A DNA stretch of 64,000 bases from Eledone cirrhosa (taxonomy: Eukaryota): NCBI GenBank assembly GCA_964016885.1, contig OZ024744.1, forward strand, positions 56,668,001 to 56,732,000, given 5' to 3'. The notes below the pieces were generated by a model. The model ran no database searches, had not been told where the DNA came from, and saw nothing but the letters and a program-made list of their open reading frames with translations. This document shows positions 13,094 to 26,432 of this stretch, in pieces. Both the position numbers and the translations under genes were made by a program. The stretch's first letter is position 1. Each line of letters starts with the position of its first letter.

Positions 13094-13480
13094 CTTTATA
13101 AAATAACCCATGTATATGTATATGTATATGTATGTGTGTGTGTGGATGAAGGTATGTGTGTATATATAGGTGTAAGTGCACTAAATCCCTTTCTATCACG
13201 CTCCACTCTCCTACCCACCACAGGAAGATATGTGTATGTATATTGCTTCCACCCCCTCACTGACCAGCAGCTGGCCAGTTGGCCATTGCTAAATCTGACC
13301 TTTATAAAATAACCCACACCCCAAGTAACTTCTCATTCACTACCAGAAAGGGACACAGCAGTCAACCTGTTGTTGCTACCTAGATGAAAACTACTATGAA
13401 ATCCCACAATGAATTTTACACTTGAATTTTCAAATCTCAAATTTTAACTCTTCGTATTATTAATTTTTCTTAATATTAAT

Positions 13481-13530
13481 CAACATTTGAAAAGATGGCT
13501 TTTGCAGACCCATCGAAACCGGTCATTTTT
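13481..13530 (+). ncRNA. Variant minimal HHR motif in the PLE pseudo-LTR
   Basis: UUGAAAA (13487-13493), stem II GAUGG/CCAUC, GAAA (13515-13518), palindromic CCGG, UC (13523-13524). Confidence 0.65.
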
Positions 13531-13724
13531 TATACCCTTTATTATTTCCTTACCTTATAAAATTATGTTTTTTCACAAAAAAGTATTCTGTCTCTTATAT
13601 ATTCCATGTGCCATTACCAACCTCAATTTTCTCTATAACCTTCGTTTTGTGTAGAAAATTACACTTTTCATATATTTATTTATATATATATATATATTTA
13701 TTTATAAATATATATATATATTTA

Positions 13725-13772
<48 letters not shown>

Positions 13773-13893
13773 TAAATATATATATATATATAAATAAATA
13801 TAAATATATATATATATATAAATAAATATAAATATATATATATATATATAAATAAATATAAATATATATATATATATATATAAATAAATATAA

Positions 13894-13980
<87 letters not shown>

Positions 13981-13989
13981 AATAAATAT

Positions 13990-14910
13990 AATATTAAATA
14001 AATGGGAACTATATTTATAAAACCATATTTATTTCATTATATATATTTCAGGGATATCATATTAACAATATGCTATGCCTTCCTCAGACAAAATACAATA
14101 TAAACAGTTTTATAGATAGATTTGACATACCGTAACAACATCGACTTGTATTTGAAAAAGTTGAATTGGCAGTGAAAAAATTGTACACAGAGAGAAAGAA
14201 AGAGAGAAAAAAGGAAAGAAAGACAGAAAACGAAGAAAAAGAAGAAAAAGAAGAAATGCATGGAACAAAATAGAGAGATGGAAAGATAGATAAAGAGAAG
14301 AACTTCATGTAAAGAAACAGAGAGAGATATATATAGAGAGAGAGAGGAAATAGAGATAGATATATATATAGAAAACTAGGTAGTGGGACGTCCGTTGAGT
14401 AAACGTATCAATGATACATTTATTTATTTATTTATTTATTTAGCTCTAGTATTAATGTAAGGGAGATATATGGAGAGAAACCAGCTGTTATATAGAGAGA
14501 AAAATTTAAAAATAACCAGACATAGGCGAGGCGTAAAAACCCTATGTTTTAATGTAGAGGTATTAGTATGTATAAAAACCAGCCACTATATTGTAAATAT
14601 CAGTATTCCTGAATGAGACATGTATCCATAATGTGTGAAAATTAATGATCTTATGTTTAGTTTTTTTAAAAAATTCATATGTTTATGTGATAACTACAAA
14701 CATCTATGTGAATTTACATGATCAACTCTGCAAACCCTAAGTTCACGGAAAACATTCTCATTGTGGTATAAAAATTTAAGTATACGTATATGTGTATATA
14801 TATACACACAAATATATATAGAGTCAATATTACTACTATTCCTGTCTTTACTCTACAAGATTATCTATCAAGCAGAAATAGAGAGCAGATTTCAATATAC
14901 TAATAAAAAT
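13990..14910 (-). mobile_element. Probable PLE 3'-UTR/pseudo-LTR remnant
   Basis: AT-rich non-coding segment with an HHR motif near its TA-abutting end. No coding remnant recognised, so the extent is uncertain. Confidence 0.45.
14030..14095 (-). ncRNA. Hammerhead ribozyme motif
   Basis: Minus strand: CUGAGGA, AGG..CAUAUU guu AAUAUG..CCU (stem II), GAAA, palindromic UAUA, UA. Confidence 0.6.
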
Positions 14911-17056
14911 ATAAGCTCGTCCCATGTTTTTCTGGGTCTGCCTACTCCGTGGCTACCGTCTATCTTTATTGCCCTGCACTTTGTTATACAGCTGTCGTCT
15001 TTCATGCGCATCACGTGACCGTACCAACGTAGCCTTCTCTCGAGTAAACATCTGATCCCTCTTATTTCTAATTTTTTCCTTAGTTCGTTTATGCTTTGCC
15101 GTTCATGTATATTACTATTGCACATCCAGCGGAGCATGGAAGCTTCGTTCCTCTCTAGTCTGCGTATATCCTCTGCACACAATGCCCAGGTCTCACTGCC
15201 ATGCAGCATTGCTGTTCGTATGCAGGCATCGTATAACCTGCTTTTCATTTTTAGGGAGAACCCTCTAGCGGCTAATAGTGGTATAAGCTCTCTGAACTTT
15301 TTCCATCCAGTTCTGACTCTAGCTACTGTACTTTCAGAGCACCCTCCCCCACTGCTGATTTTGTCACCCAGATAACGGAAGCTGTCCACTATTTCTATAG
15401 AACCCTCTGCGCAGTTGAAGGAGCTAGTATTTTGTGGGCACTTGCTGCTACTTATTGCACCAGAGCACCGGCCACATGTAAAATCTATGTTCTTAGTTAG
15501 CTTACCTGTGATCCCACTACATCTTTTATGCACCCATACTTTGCATTTGGGACATAAAATGGAGTTTCTACCTACGCCTTTCCTACACACTGAGCATGGC
15601 CATTTCCCAGATGGGACCGCCGCCTTATTTTCTTTCCTACAAACTAGAACTTTAGTCTTAGCCAGGTTAATTTTAAGGCTTTTTGATTCTAGGCCGTGCT
15701 TCCATGTTTGGAATTTCTTCTCTAGTTCGGTCATTGATTCAGCTATGAGCGTTAGATCATCTGCGTATAGGAGTTCCCATGGGCAGCCGGTCTTGAACTC
15801 CTCTGTTATAGCCTGAAGGGCAATAATAAATAGTAGGGGGCTAAGAACAGAGCCCTGATGGACACCAACTTTTACGCTAAACTCTTCACTATATTCGTTT
15901 TTAATTCTAACCTTACTGACTGTTTCTTTATACATGGCTTGTATAGCTCTCACAAGCCATTCGTCAACACCTAGTTTTCTAAGAGACCACCAGATAATGG
16001 AACGGGGGACTCTGTCGAAGGCTTTCTCCAAGTCGACGAAAGCTAAGTATAGGGGTTTACTTTTAGCTAGGTACTTCTCCTGTAGTTGTCGTACAATGAA
16101 AAGAGCGTCTGTGGTACTTTTGCCTGACACAAACCCGAACTGCATTTCATCTAGATCAATTCTCTCTCTGATTAGTTGCGCTATTACTTTTTCCCTGACC
16201 TTCATGACCTGGTCGATTAATTAAACGCCTCTATAGTTACTCCTATCTAGGGCATCTCCTTTTCCCTTATAGCAGTTAACGATGATGCTGCTACGCCATT
16301 CCTTCGGAACAACCCCATTCTGTACGACTTGGTTAACTATCCGGGTGACCATGGTGTGTCCCACCGAACCAGATGCCTTCAGCATCTCAGCAACTATTTC
16401 CGAAGGCCCAGCCGCCTTACCCGTCTTCATATCTTTGATTGCCTTACTTATTATACTACCTTCAACTAACACTGCTGGTCCCTCTATTGGATCGATCTGG
16501 GGGAGACTGTCTTTCTCCCATTTGTTCTCCTCATTTAGAAGCCTTTCGTAGTGACACTTCCAAGCTACCTTCTTATCAGCGTCGGTGATGGCAAGTATGC
16601 CATCATCGTTAAGTACACACTTCTCCCCGACAATATCACGGTTTTCCTTGACACATTGCCTGGCAATCCTGAACACCTCACGTTTTTGGTCCTCACGTTG
16701 TATAACATGCTTGAACTTTCTTTCCTCTGCTTCCCTTCTTGCGAAGTACACTTGTCTCCTAGCTTCCCTCCTGGCCACTTGATAGTCTTCTCTACTTCCC
16801 CCATCCCGCCATACTTTCCAAGCCTGCTTTTTGGCCTTAATTGACTCCTCCACCTTACTGTTCCACCACCATGTTACTCTCCTCCTACCTACAGGCCTGC
16901 TCCAGCCACAGACTTCGTCTGCCGCCGTCAGCAGGTTTGCTCTCAGGAATTCCCACTGTTCCTCTATATTATACGACTCTAATTGCTCTTCCTTACTGTC
17001 GAAAGCGTCAAGTAATATGCTTTGAAATTTATTTCTGGCTATGGGGTCCTTTAGCT
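14911..17056 (-). mobile_element. RTE LINE family A, truncated at both ends, frameshifted
   Basis: ORFs 16221-16853 and 14892-16205 contain [35 protein letters not shown], a PHD-type finger, FRYLG and GRPRKTW. The 3' UTR is absent. Confidence 0.95.
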
Positions 17057-17159
17057 TATATATATATATAAATAAATATATATATATATAAATAAATATA
17101 TATATATATAAATAAATATATATATATATAAATAAATATATATATATATAAATAAATAT

Positions 17160-17288
<129 letters not shown>

Positions 17289-17351
17289 AATAAATATATA
17301 TATATATATATATAAATATATAAATAAATATATATATAAATATATAAATAA

Positions 17352-17412
<61 letters not shown>

Positions 17413-17471
17413 TAAATATATATATATATATATAAATAAATATATATATATATATATATATATACAAATAA

Positions 17472-17508
<37 letters not shown>

Positions 17509-17519
17509 CAAATAAATAT

Positions 17520-17552
<33 letters not shown>

Positions 17553-17594
17553 TATACAAATAAATATATATATAAATATATATATTTATATATA

Positions 17595-17794
17595 ACGAAG
17601 GAAATGTGGTAAGGAACCAGGTGGACCATAACGCACCAAAGTACTCAATACTTGAGGTAGTAGAGTGGGTAATAGGAACCAGTAAGACCCCGACAGCTGA
17701 GCTCAAGCCGTTTCGACGGCTAATTCTGGACTGAGTCCAGAATTAGCCGTCGAAACGGCTTGAGCTCAGCTGTCGGGGTCTTACTGGTTCCTAT
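17595..17794. mobile_element. Fold-back PLE pseudo-LTR remnant: perfect 61-bp-arm palindrome (17672-17794) containing the 3' half of an HHR
   Basis: Arms are exact reverse complements around G17733. Each reads GUC GAAA CGGC uugagcuca GCUG UC GGGG. TA arrays on both sides. Confidence 0.7.
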
Positions 17795-18186
17795 ATTTAT
17801 ATATATATATATATATCAAATATATATATTTATATATATATATATATATATATCAAATATATATATTTATATATATATATATATATATATCAAATATATA
17901 TATTTATATATATATATATATATATATCAAATATATATATTTATATATATATATATATATCAAATATATATATTTATATATATATATATATCAAATATAT
18001 ATATTTATATATATATATTTATATATATATATATATATCAAATATATATATTTATATATATATATTTATATATATATATATATATCAAATATATATATTT
18101 ATATATATGTAGATAAATCTACCAAGAGTTTACGGTAGTGTCCAATCCGTATGAATTTTTGTTATTGTTATTATCAATAAATATAC

Positions 18187-18322
18187 TTCATTATTTCTGA
18201 AGACGGCGTATATTTAATCTTGATAATTTGTATAATTTTGTATAATTTTGTACATAGATCTGTTGAATATGCATACCAATTATAACACATATATACCCTA
18301 GAAACGATCGTTAAATAATGAA
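18187..18322 (+). ncRNA. HHR motif with a greatly extended stem II, inside a ~265-bp island (18109-18375)
   Basis: Stem I UUCAUUAUUU (18187-18196) pairs with AAAUAAUGAA (18313-18322). CUGAAGA at 18197-18203, GAAA at 18301-18304, palindromic CGAUCG, UU. Confidence 0.7.
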
Positions 18323-18389
18323 CTTTTTTTGTTTAATATAAGGAATTGTTTATTCATTATTTGTTTAATATTTTATATTTATATATATA

Positions 18390-18428
<39 letters not shown>

Positions 18429-18612
18429 AATATATATATTTATATATATATATTTATATATATATATATATATATATATCAAATATATATATTTATATAT
18501 ATATATATATATATATATAGTAGAATAATCGCGTATCGAAAAATCGGCGCACGGGTTCACAAACAAAATTCGAAATGAGTGGCAGAGGGCTATATATATA
18601 TATAAATATATA

Positions 18613-18665
<53 letters not shown>

Positions 18666-18668
<3 letters not shown>

Positions 18669-19164
18669 AACGGAAAAAATGAAACGATATTTCATTTCCC
18701 ACTCTTAGTACGGCTGTTACTTAAATATAAGTATGTACACGTACATACATATATGTATACCGACGTACAGTAGTATGTATATATATATATATATATATAT
18801 ACATACATGCACACATATATATATGCACGTATGGATTCACCGAATATTTATTATAATGCTCGGTGTGTTTGTAAACAAACATCCCGTATTAAGCCGTAGT
18901 GTCTAGCAACCACCGTTGCTCGTTTGTTCAACACTGACAAAGGAACGCTGTACTAGTTTCAAGCTTGTTAGCTATCGTCAGCAACGTATACCTTCCTGCC
19001 AGATTGTTGAACGTATATACTTACCTTATGCATATTAACGGCTGAGTAGCCCAATTTGCATATCGAGTGGGTTAATTGGCCGTGTGCACCGAAAACGATA
19101 AACGGAAAAAATGAAACGATATTTCATTTCCCACTCTTGAAATATCGTTTCATTTTTTCCGTTT
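18666..19164 (-). mobile_element. Non-coding HHR element: 432-bp unit with 41-bp terminal redundancy and a short inverted end
   Basis: Direct repeat at 18666-18706 and 19098-19138. Inverted repeat 19100-19126 versus 19138-19164. HHR at 18945-18987. Confidence 0.7.
18945..18987 (-). ncRNA. Hammerhead ribozyme motif (type I, minimal)
   Basis: Minus strand: ACGUUG CUGACGA U-AGCU aaca AGCU-U GAAA CUAG UA CAGCGU. Stem I is ACGUUG/CAGCGU and stem III is the palindrome CUAG. Confidence 0.75.
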
Positions 19165-19350
19165 TTACCGTGTTGCCTACACGGCCACATTACAGCGTGG
19201 CCTGTGTGTTTTTTTGTCGTGACACCTACACCATCTCATTTGTTTCGGCCTGGATGTTGTGGCACCAACATAACTTTACATTGAAAGGGGCGGTGTGGAT
19301 GGTTTGGGGGAGGTGGGACGGGGGTGTATTTTGTTAGAGATGCCTACTGA
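19160..19350 (-). mobile_element. RTE family A 3'-UTR fragment
   Basis: Reverse complement of ~30878-31066 (AGTAGGCATCTCTAACAAAATACACCCC...GGCAACACGGTAAAAAC). Confidence 0.85.
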
Positions 19351-19353
<3 letters not shown>

Positions 19354-19390
<37 letters not shown>

Positions 19391-20637
19391 TTATATATAT
19401 ATATTTATTTATATATTTATATATATTTATATATATATATATATATATAATTATTTATTTATTTATATATATATAATTATTTATTTATTTATATATATAT
19501 ATTTATTTATTTATATATATATATATTTACTTATTTATATATATATATATATTTATTTATTTATTTTATATAGATATATTTATTTATTTATATAGATATA
19601 TTTATTTATTTATATAGATATATTTATTTATTTATATAGATATATTTATTTATTTATATAGATATATTTATTTATTTATATAGATATATTTATTTATTTA
19701 TATAGATATATATATCTATATAAATAAATAAATATATTTATTTATATAGATATATTTATTTATTTATATAGATATATTTATTTATTTATTTATATATATA
19801 TATATATTTATTTATATATATATATATATATTTATTTATATATATATATATATATTTATTTATATATATATATATATTTATTTATATATATATATATTTA
19901 TTTATATATATATATATATATATTTATTTTATATATATATATATTTATTTTATATATATATATATTTATTTATATATTTATATATATTTATTTATTTATA
20001 TATATATTTATTTATATATGTATATATATATATATTTATTTATATATATTTATATATATTTATTTATATATATTTATATATATTTATTTATATATATTTA
20101 TATATATTTATTTATATATATTTATTTATATATATATTTATTTATTTATTTATATATATTTATTTATTTATTTATTTATATATATATATTTGTTTATTTA
20201 TATATATATATATATTTATTTATTTATTTATATATATATATATATTTATTTATATATATATATATATATTTATTTATATACATATATATATATGTATATA
20301 TTTATTTCACAATGCTTCAAGCAAACTTTAACACCCTCTTATTATATATATATATATTATTTATATATATATTTATATATATTTATATATATATATATAT
20401 ATATATATTTATTTATATATATATTTATTTATATATATATATTTATTTATATATATATATTTATTTATATATATATATTTATTTATATATATATATTTAT
20501 TTATATATATATATATATATTTATTTATTTATATATATATATATATTTATTTATTTATATATATATATATATATTTATTTATATTTATTTATTTATTTAT
20601 TTATATATATTTATTTATTTATATATACATATATATA

Positions 20638-20670
<33 letters not shown>

Positions 20671-20691
20671 TTATTTATATATATATATATA

Positions 20692-20722
<31 letters not shown>

Positions 20723-20788
20723 TTATTTATTTATATATATATATATATTTATATATATATTTTATTTATATATATATATTTATTTATT
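19354..20788. repeat. (TA)n-derived array including a 22-bp higher-order unit (TTTATTTATTTATATAGATATA) at ~19570-19780
   Basis: Seen directly. Confidence 0.9.
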
Positions 20789-23700
20789 ATCGTCATCATC
20801 ATCATCACCGTTTTACGTCCGTTCTTCCACGCTAGCATGGGTTAGAGGGGTTGTCTTGTTGTGGGCAGAATCTGGTCTGCTGACCATGCCTTGCTCATAC
20901 AGTAACTGATTTGGCTTGATTTCTACAGCAGGATGCGCTTCCTAACACCAACCTCATTTACAGTGAGTGCTGGGGGCTTTTTCGTGGCGCCTACACGTCC
21001 ACTGTACAGTGTGGGCTGGGTGATTTTTCGTGGCGCCTACACGTCCACTTTACAGTGTGGGCTGGGTGCTTTTTTGCCGTGGCACTTCCACAACCACCTT
21101 GCGGCGGGGGAATATTGTCTGTATGCTTCAGCTTGTACCCATGGGAGGTTGGGTACTCTGTATTACTGCGTGAGGCCAGAGGTCACGGTCGTGTGTCATT
21201 GCCTTTGAGAGGTGTAATTGGGTAAGGTCGGCTTTTATCACCTCATCGCAGGTCATCTTGGGTCTCCCCACTCCGCGGTGTCCATCGACTTCTAGTGCTC
21301 TGCACCTTTTTATGCAGCTGTCATCCTTCATACGCACCACATGTCCATACCAGCGCAACCGCCTCTCCTGCACACAGCATTTGATTCCTCTTATGCTCAG
21401 TCTCTCTCTCAATTCATTTATGCTTTGTCGTTCACGTATATTACTGTTACACATCCATCGGAGCATGCAGGCTTCGTTTCTCTCTATTCTACGCAAGTCT
21501 TCCACCTTCAGCGCCCAGGTCTCACTACCATGCAACATTGCTGTTCGGATACACGCATCATACAGTCTGCCTTTCATTCTGAGGGAGAAGCCTTTTGCAG
21601 CTAGCAGTGGTAGTAGTTCCCTACACTTCTTCCATCCCGTTCTTACCCTAGTTATTGTACTTTCTGAACACCCACCTCCGCTGCTAATTCGGTCATCTAG
21701 GTAGCAGAAGCTGTCTACTGTTTCTACAGAGCCCTCCCAGAGATTGGTGGTACTTGTCTCCTGTGGCTGTTAGCTGCTTGCTGTCTCAGCACAGCTGCTG
21801 CATGTGAAGCCTACATTCTTAATTAAGCTTCCTGAGATCCCGCTACATCTCTTGTGTACCCATTGTTTGCATTTGGGGCAGAGAATGGGGTTCCTACCTA
21901 CACCTTTCCTACATACTGAGCAAGGCCATTTCCCTGAGGGGATCTGGGTTCTGTTTTCTCGTCTACTTACAAGGATCTTAGTCTTTGTCATGTTGACTTT
22001 GAGACCCTTTCTTTCTAGTCCCTGCTTCCAAGTTTGGAATTTATTCTCTAGTTCTACCATAGATTCAGATATGAGTGCGAGGTCATCAGCATACAGGAGT
22101 TCCCATGGGCATCCGGTCTTAAACTCCTCCGTTATTGCCTGCAGGACTATGATGAACAGGAGGAGGTTAAGAACAGAGCCCTGGTGGACCCCAACCTGTA
22201 CGCTAAATTCCTCGCTATACTCATTGCTAATCCTAACTTTGCTGACTGCTCCCCTATACATGGCTTGTACCGCTTTCACAAGCCATTCATCTACTCAGTT
22301 TTCTAAGAGCCCACCAGATTACAGCACGTGGAACTCTATCAAAAGCTTTCTCAAGGTCGACAAATGCCAGGTTGAGTGGCTTACTTTTAGCTTGGTACTT
22401 TTCCTGTAACTGCCTCACAAGGAAGAGGGCATCAGTGGTGCCTCTTCCTGGTACAAACCCAAATTGCATCTCGTCTATTTTCACCCGGTCCCTAATCAAC
22501 TGTGCTATAACTCTTTCTGTTACTTTCAGTTGACAATGACAATGATGCTACTGCACCAATCCTTTGGTATGACACATTCTAGTATTACCTGGTTAACAAT
22601 ACGTGTGGTTATAGTGTGACCTACAGACCCAGATGCCTTCAGCATCTCGGCAGCTATACCCGATGGACCGGTTGCCTTCCCCATCTTCATATCTTTGATT
22701 GCCTTACTTACTATGTTGCTGCTGACTTGTACTGCTGGCCCCTCTATAGGGTCTACTTGGGGTAGGGTCTCTTCTTCCCATGCATTCTCCTCATTTAGTA
22801 ATCTATCATAATGACTCTTCTATGCATCTTTCTTCTCAGCAGTTGTGAGGGCAAGCTCACCTTTATCATTCTGGATACACTTCTCTCCAATGACATCACA
22901 ACTCTCTCTGACACACTGCCTCGCAATCTTGAACACCTCCAGTTTCTGGTCCTCACGTTGCAAAACATGCTTGAATTTTCTATCCTCTGCTTCCCTCCTA
23001 GCTAAGTATACTTGTCGCCTAGCTTCTCTCTTGGTCTATGTAATGTACCCTGCTCCCTCCATTCTTCCATTCTTTCCATGCCTGTCTCTTGGCCTTAACT
23101 GCCTCATCTACCTTGTTGTTCCACCACCAAGTCACTCTCCTCCTGCTTGAGGTCTTACTCCAGCCACAGACCTCAACCGTCGCCTCTAGTAAGTTAATTG
23201 TTAGGAACTCCCAGTTCTCTTCTACATTGAATGTCTATACTTGTTCTTCTTTACTGTCGTCAGCGTTGAGTAAAATATCTTTAAATCTGTTACTGGTTGA
23301 GGGGTCTTTCAGCTTCCAGATCTTTCTTCTCCAGGTTGGCCTCTGTTTCCAGGTTCGTCTAGTTCTGACTGTGAGGTCGCTGACAACTAAGCTATGTTGG
23401 GATGTACATTCCTCACTAGGGAAGGCTTTTATGTTTACGACCGTCCATCTGTCACGTCCTCTGATGAGGATAAAATCTATCTGACTAGAGTGGTCCCCTG
23501 ATCTATAGGTGATCAGGTGGTTGCCAGGTTTTTAAAAGTTTGTGTTACATATCGACATGTCATTGGCGTCGCAGAATTCTAGAAGTCTGAATCCTTCCTC
23601 ATTTCTTGTGCCAACCCCTTGGCCTCCATGTACTCTATTGAAGCCGTCGCAGTGTTTACCTACATGTCCGTTGAAATCTCCTGCGATGATTAGGAAGTCA

Positions 23701-23802
23701 TTGTCGTCTGTTAGAGCAGTAGTGTGCATTAGGGACTTGTAAAACCTATCCTTAAGTTCGTCTGCAGCCCCGATTGGGGTGCGTAAGCTGATATTATTGT
23801 GG
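20789..23802 (-). mobile_element. RTE LINE family B, 5'-truncated within the endonuclease, multiple frameshifts
   Basis: APE motif [11 protein letters not shown] (ORF 23532-23729); RT pieces 22287-22499, 21770-22279 and 21128-21577; (GAT)n tail at ~20789-20807. Confidence 0.95.
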
Positions 23803-23810
23803 ATATTATT

Positions 23811-24633
<823 letters not shown>

Positions 24634-24640
<7 letters not shown>

Positions 24641-25003
24641 AAAAAGGGATGAAATCGAAAATGCAACTGAAGTCTTATTTTTTTTTAAAAATATATATAT
24701 TTATTTGGTTCCTTTTCCGGTTTCGCAGTTCTTCTGCTTTTCAAAAGGTGAGTTGAGATGGAGGGTCTGTGGTTTTTCTCACATATATATATATATGAGA
24801 AAAACCACAGACCCTCCATCTCAACTCACCTTTTGAAAAGCAGAAGAACTGCGAAACCGGTAAAGGAACCAAATAAATATATATATTTTTAAAAAAAATA
24901 AGACTTCAGTTGCATTTTCGATTTCATCCCTTTTTCTTTATACTTCCACTCGTGTAGGACACCTCGGTTATTTTTCATTTTGTAAAAAAACCTCACTTTC
25001 TAA
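24634..25003. mobile_element. Fold-back PLE pseudo-LTR remnant (~147-bp inverted arms, TA loop) with an HHR in each arm
   Basis: 24634-24781 is the reverse complement of 24796-24942, and the right arm continues ~60 bp further. HHR core style (UUGAAAA...GAAACCGG) and tail end resemble the PLE at 10229-13670. Confidence 0.8.
24829..24866 (+). ncRNA. Variant minimal HHR motif
   Basis: CCUU UUGAAAA GCAG aagaa CUGC GAAA CCGG UA AAGG: stem I CCUU/AAGG, stem II GCAG/CUGC, palindromic stem III. Confidence 0.7.
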
Positions 25004-25010
25004 TATAAAT

Positions 25011-25041
<31 letters not shown>

Positions 25042-25066
25042 AATAAATATATATATATATAAATAA

Positions 25067-25099
<33 letters not shown>

Positions 25100-25100
<1 letters not shown>

Positions 25101-25899
25101 CATCATCATCATCATCATCACCGTTTTACGTCCGTTCTTCCACGCTAGCATGGGTTAGACGGGTTGTCCTGTTGTGGGCAGTGTCTGGTCGGCTGACCAT
25201 GCCTTGCTCATACAGGAACTGATCTGGCTTGATTTCTACAGCTGGATGCCCTTCCTTAACACCAACCTCATTTACAGTGAGTGCTGGGTGCTTTTTCGTG
25301 GCGCCTACACGTCCACTTTACAGTGTGGGCTGGGTGCTTTTTTTTGCCGTGGCACCTCCACGACCACCTTGCGGTGGGGGGGGGGGGGGGGCATATTGTT
25401 TATATGCTTCAGCATGTACCCATGGGAGGTCGGGTACCCTGTATTACTGCGTGGCGCCAGAAGTCACGGTCGTGTGTCATTGACTTTGAGAGGTGTAGTT
25501 GGGTAAGGTCGGCTTTTATCACCTCATCCCAAGTCATCTTGGGTCTCCCCACTCCGCGGTTTCCATCAACTTCTAGTGCTCTGCACCTTTTTATGCAGCT
25601 GTCATCCTTCATACGCATCACATGTCCATACCAGCGTAACCGCCTCTCCTGCACGCAGCATTTGATTCCTCTTATGCTCAGTCTCTCTCTCAATTCATTT
25701 ATGCTTTGTCGTTCACGTATATTACTGTTACACATCCATCGGAGCATGCAGGCTTCGTTTCTCTCTAATCTACGTAAGTCTTCCACCTTCAGCGCCCAGG
25801 TCTCACTACCATGTAACATTGCTGTTCGGATACACGCATCATACAGTCTGCCTTTCATTCTGAGGGAGAAGCCTTTTGCAGCTAGCAGTGGTAGTAGTT
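25100..25899 (-). mobile_element. RTE LINE family B, 5'-truncated 3' end
   Basis: ORF 25409-25858, complete 3' UTR and (GAT)n tail; TA-flanked. Confidence 0.95.
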
Positions 25900-26021
25900 A
25901 TATATATATATATATATATAAATATAAATATATAAATATATATATATATAAATATATATATATAAATATATATATATAAATATATATAAATATATATATA
26001 TAAATATATATATATATAAAT

Positions 26022-26070
<49 letters not shown>

Positions 26071-26185
26071 AATATATATATATATAAATATATACATATA
26101 TAAATATATACATATATAAATATATACATATATAAATATATACATATATAAATATATATATATATAAATATATATATATATAAAT

Positions 26186-26218
<33 letters not shown>

Positions 26219-26235
26219 AATATATATATATATAA

Positions 26236-26302
<67 letters not shown>

Positions 26303-26315
26303 TATATATATATAA

Positions 26316-26418
<103 letters not shown>

Positions 26419-26432
26419 AATATATATATATA

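Larger units (their letters stand above)
10229..13670 (-). mobile_element. Penelope-like element (Neptune-type), 5'-truncated, with inverted pseudo-LTR
   Basis: RT plus GIY-YIG ORF at 11537-13093. Segment 10229-~10750 is an inverted copy of ~13111-13638, with an HHR in both arms. A CA/TA microsatellite lies in the 3' UTR and TA arrays flank the element. Confidence 0.93.

Noticed and set aside
23455-23480. CTGATGAGG as an HHR core (also CTGATGATG at ~5389)
   Set aside because: The first is antisense RTE coding sequence; neither has a stem II-GAAA partner.
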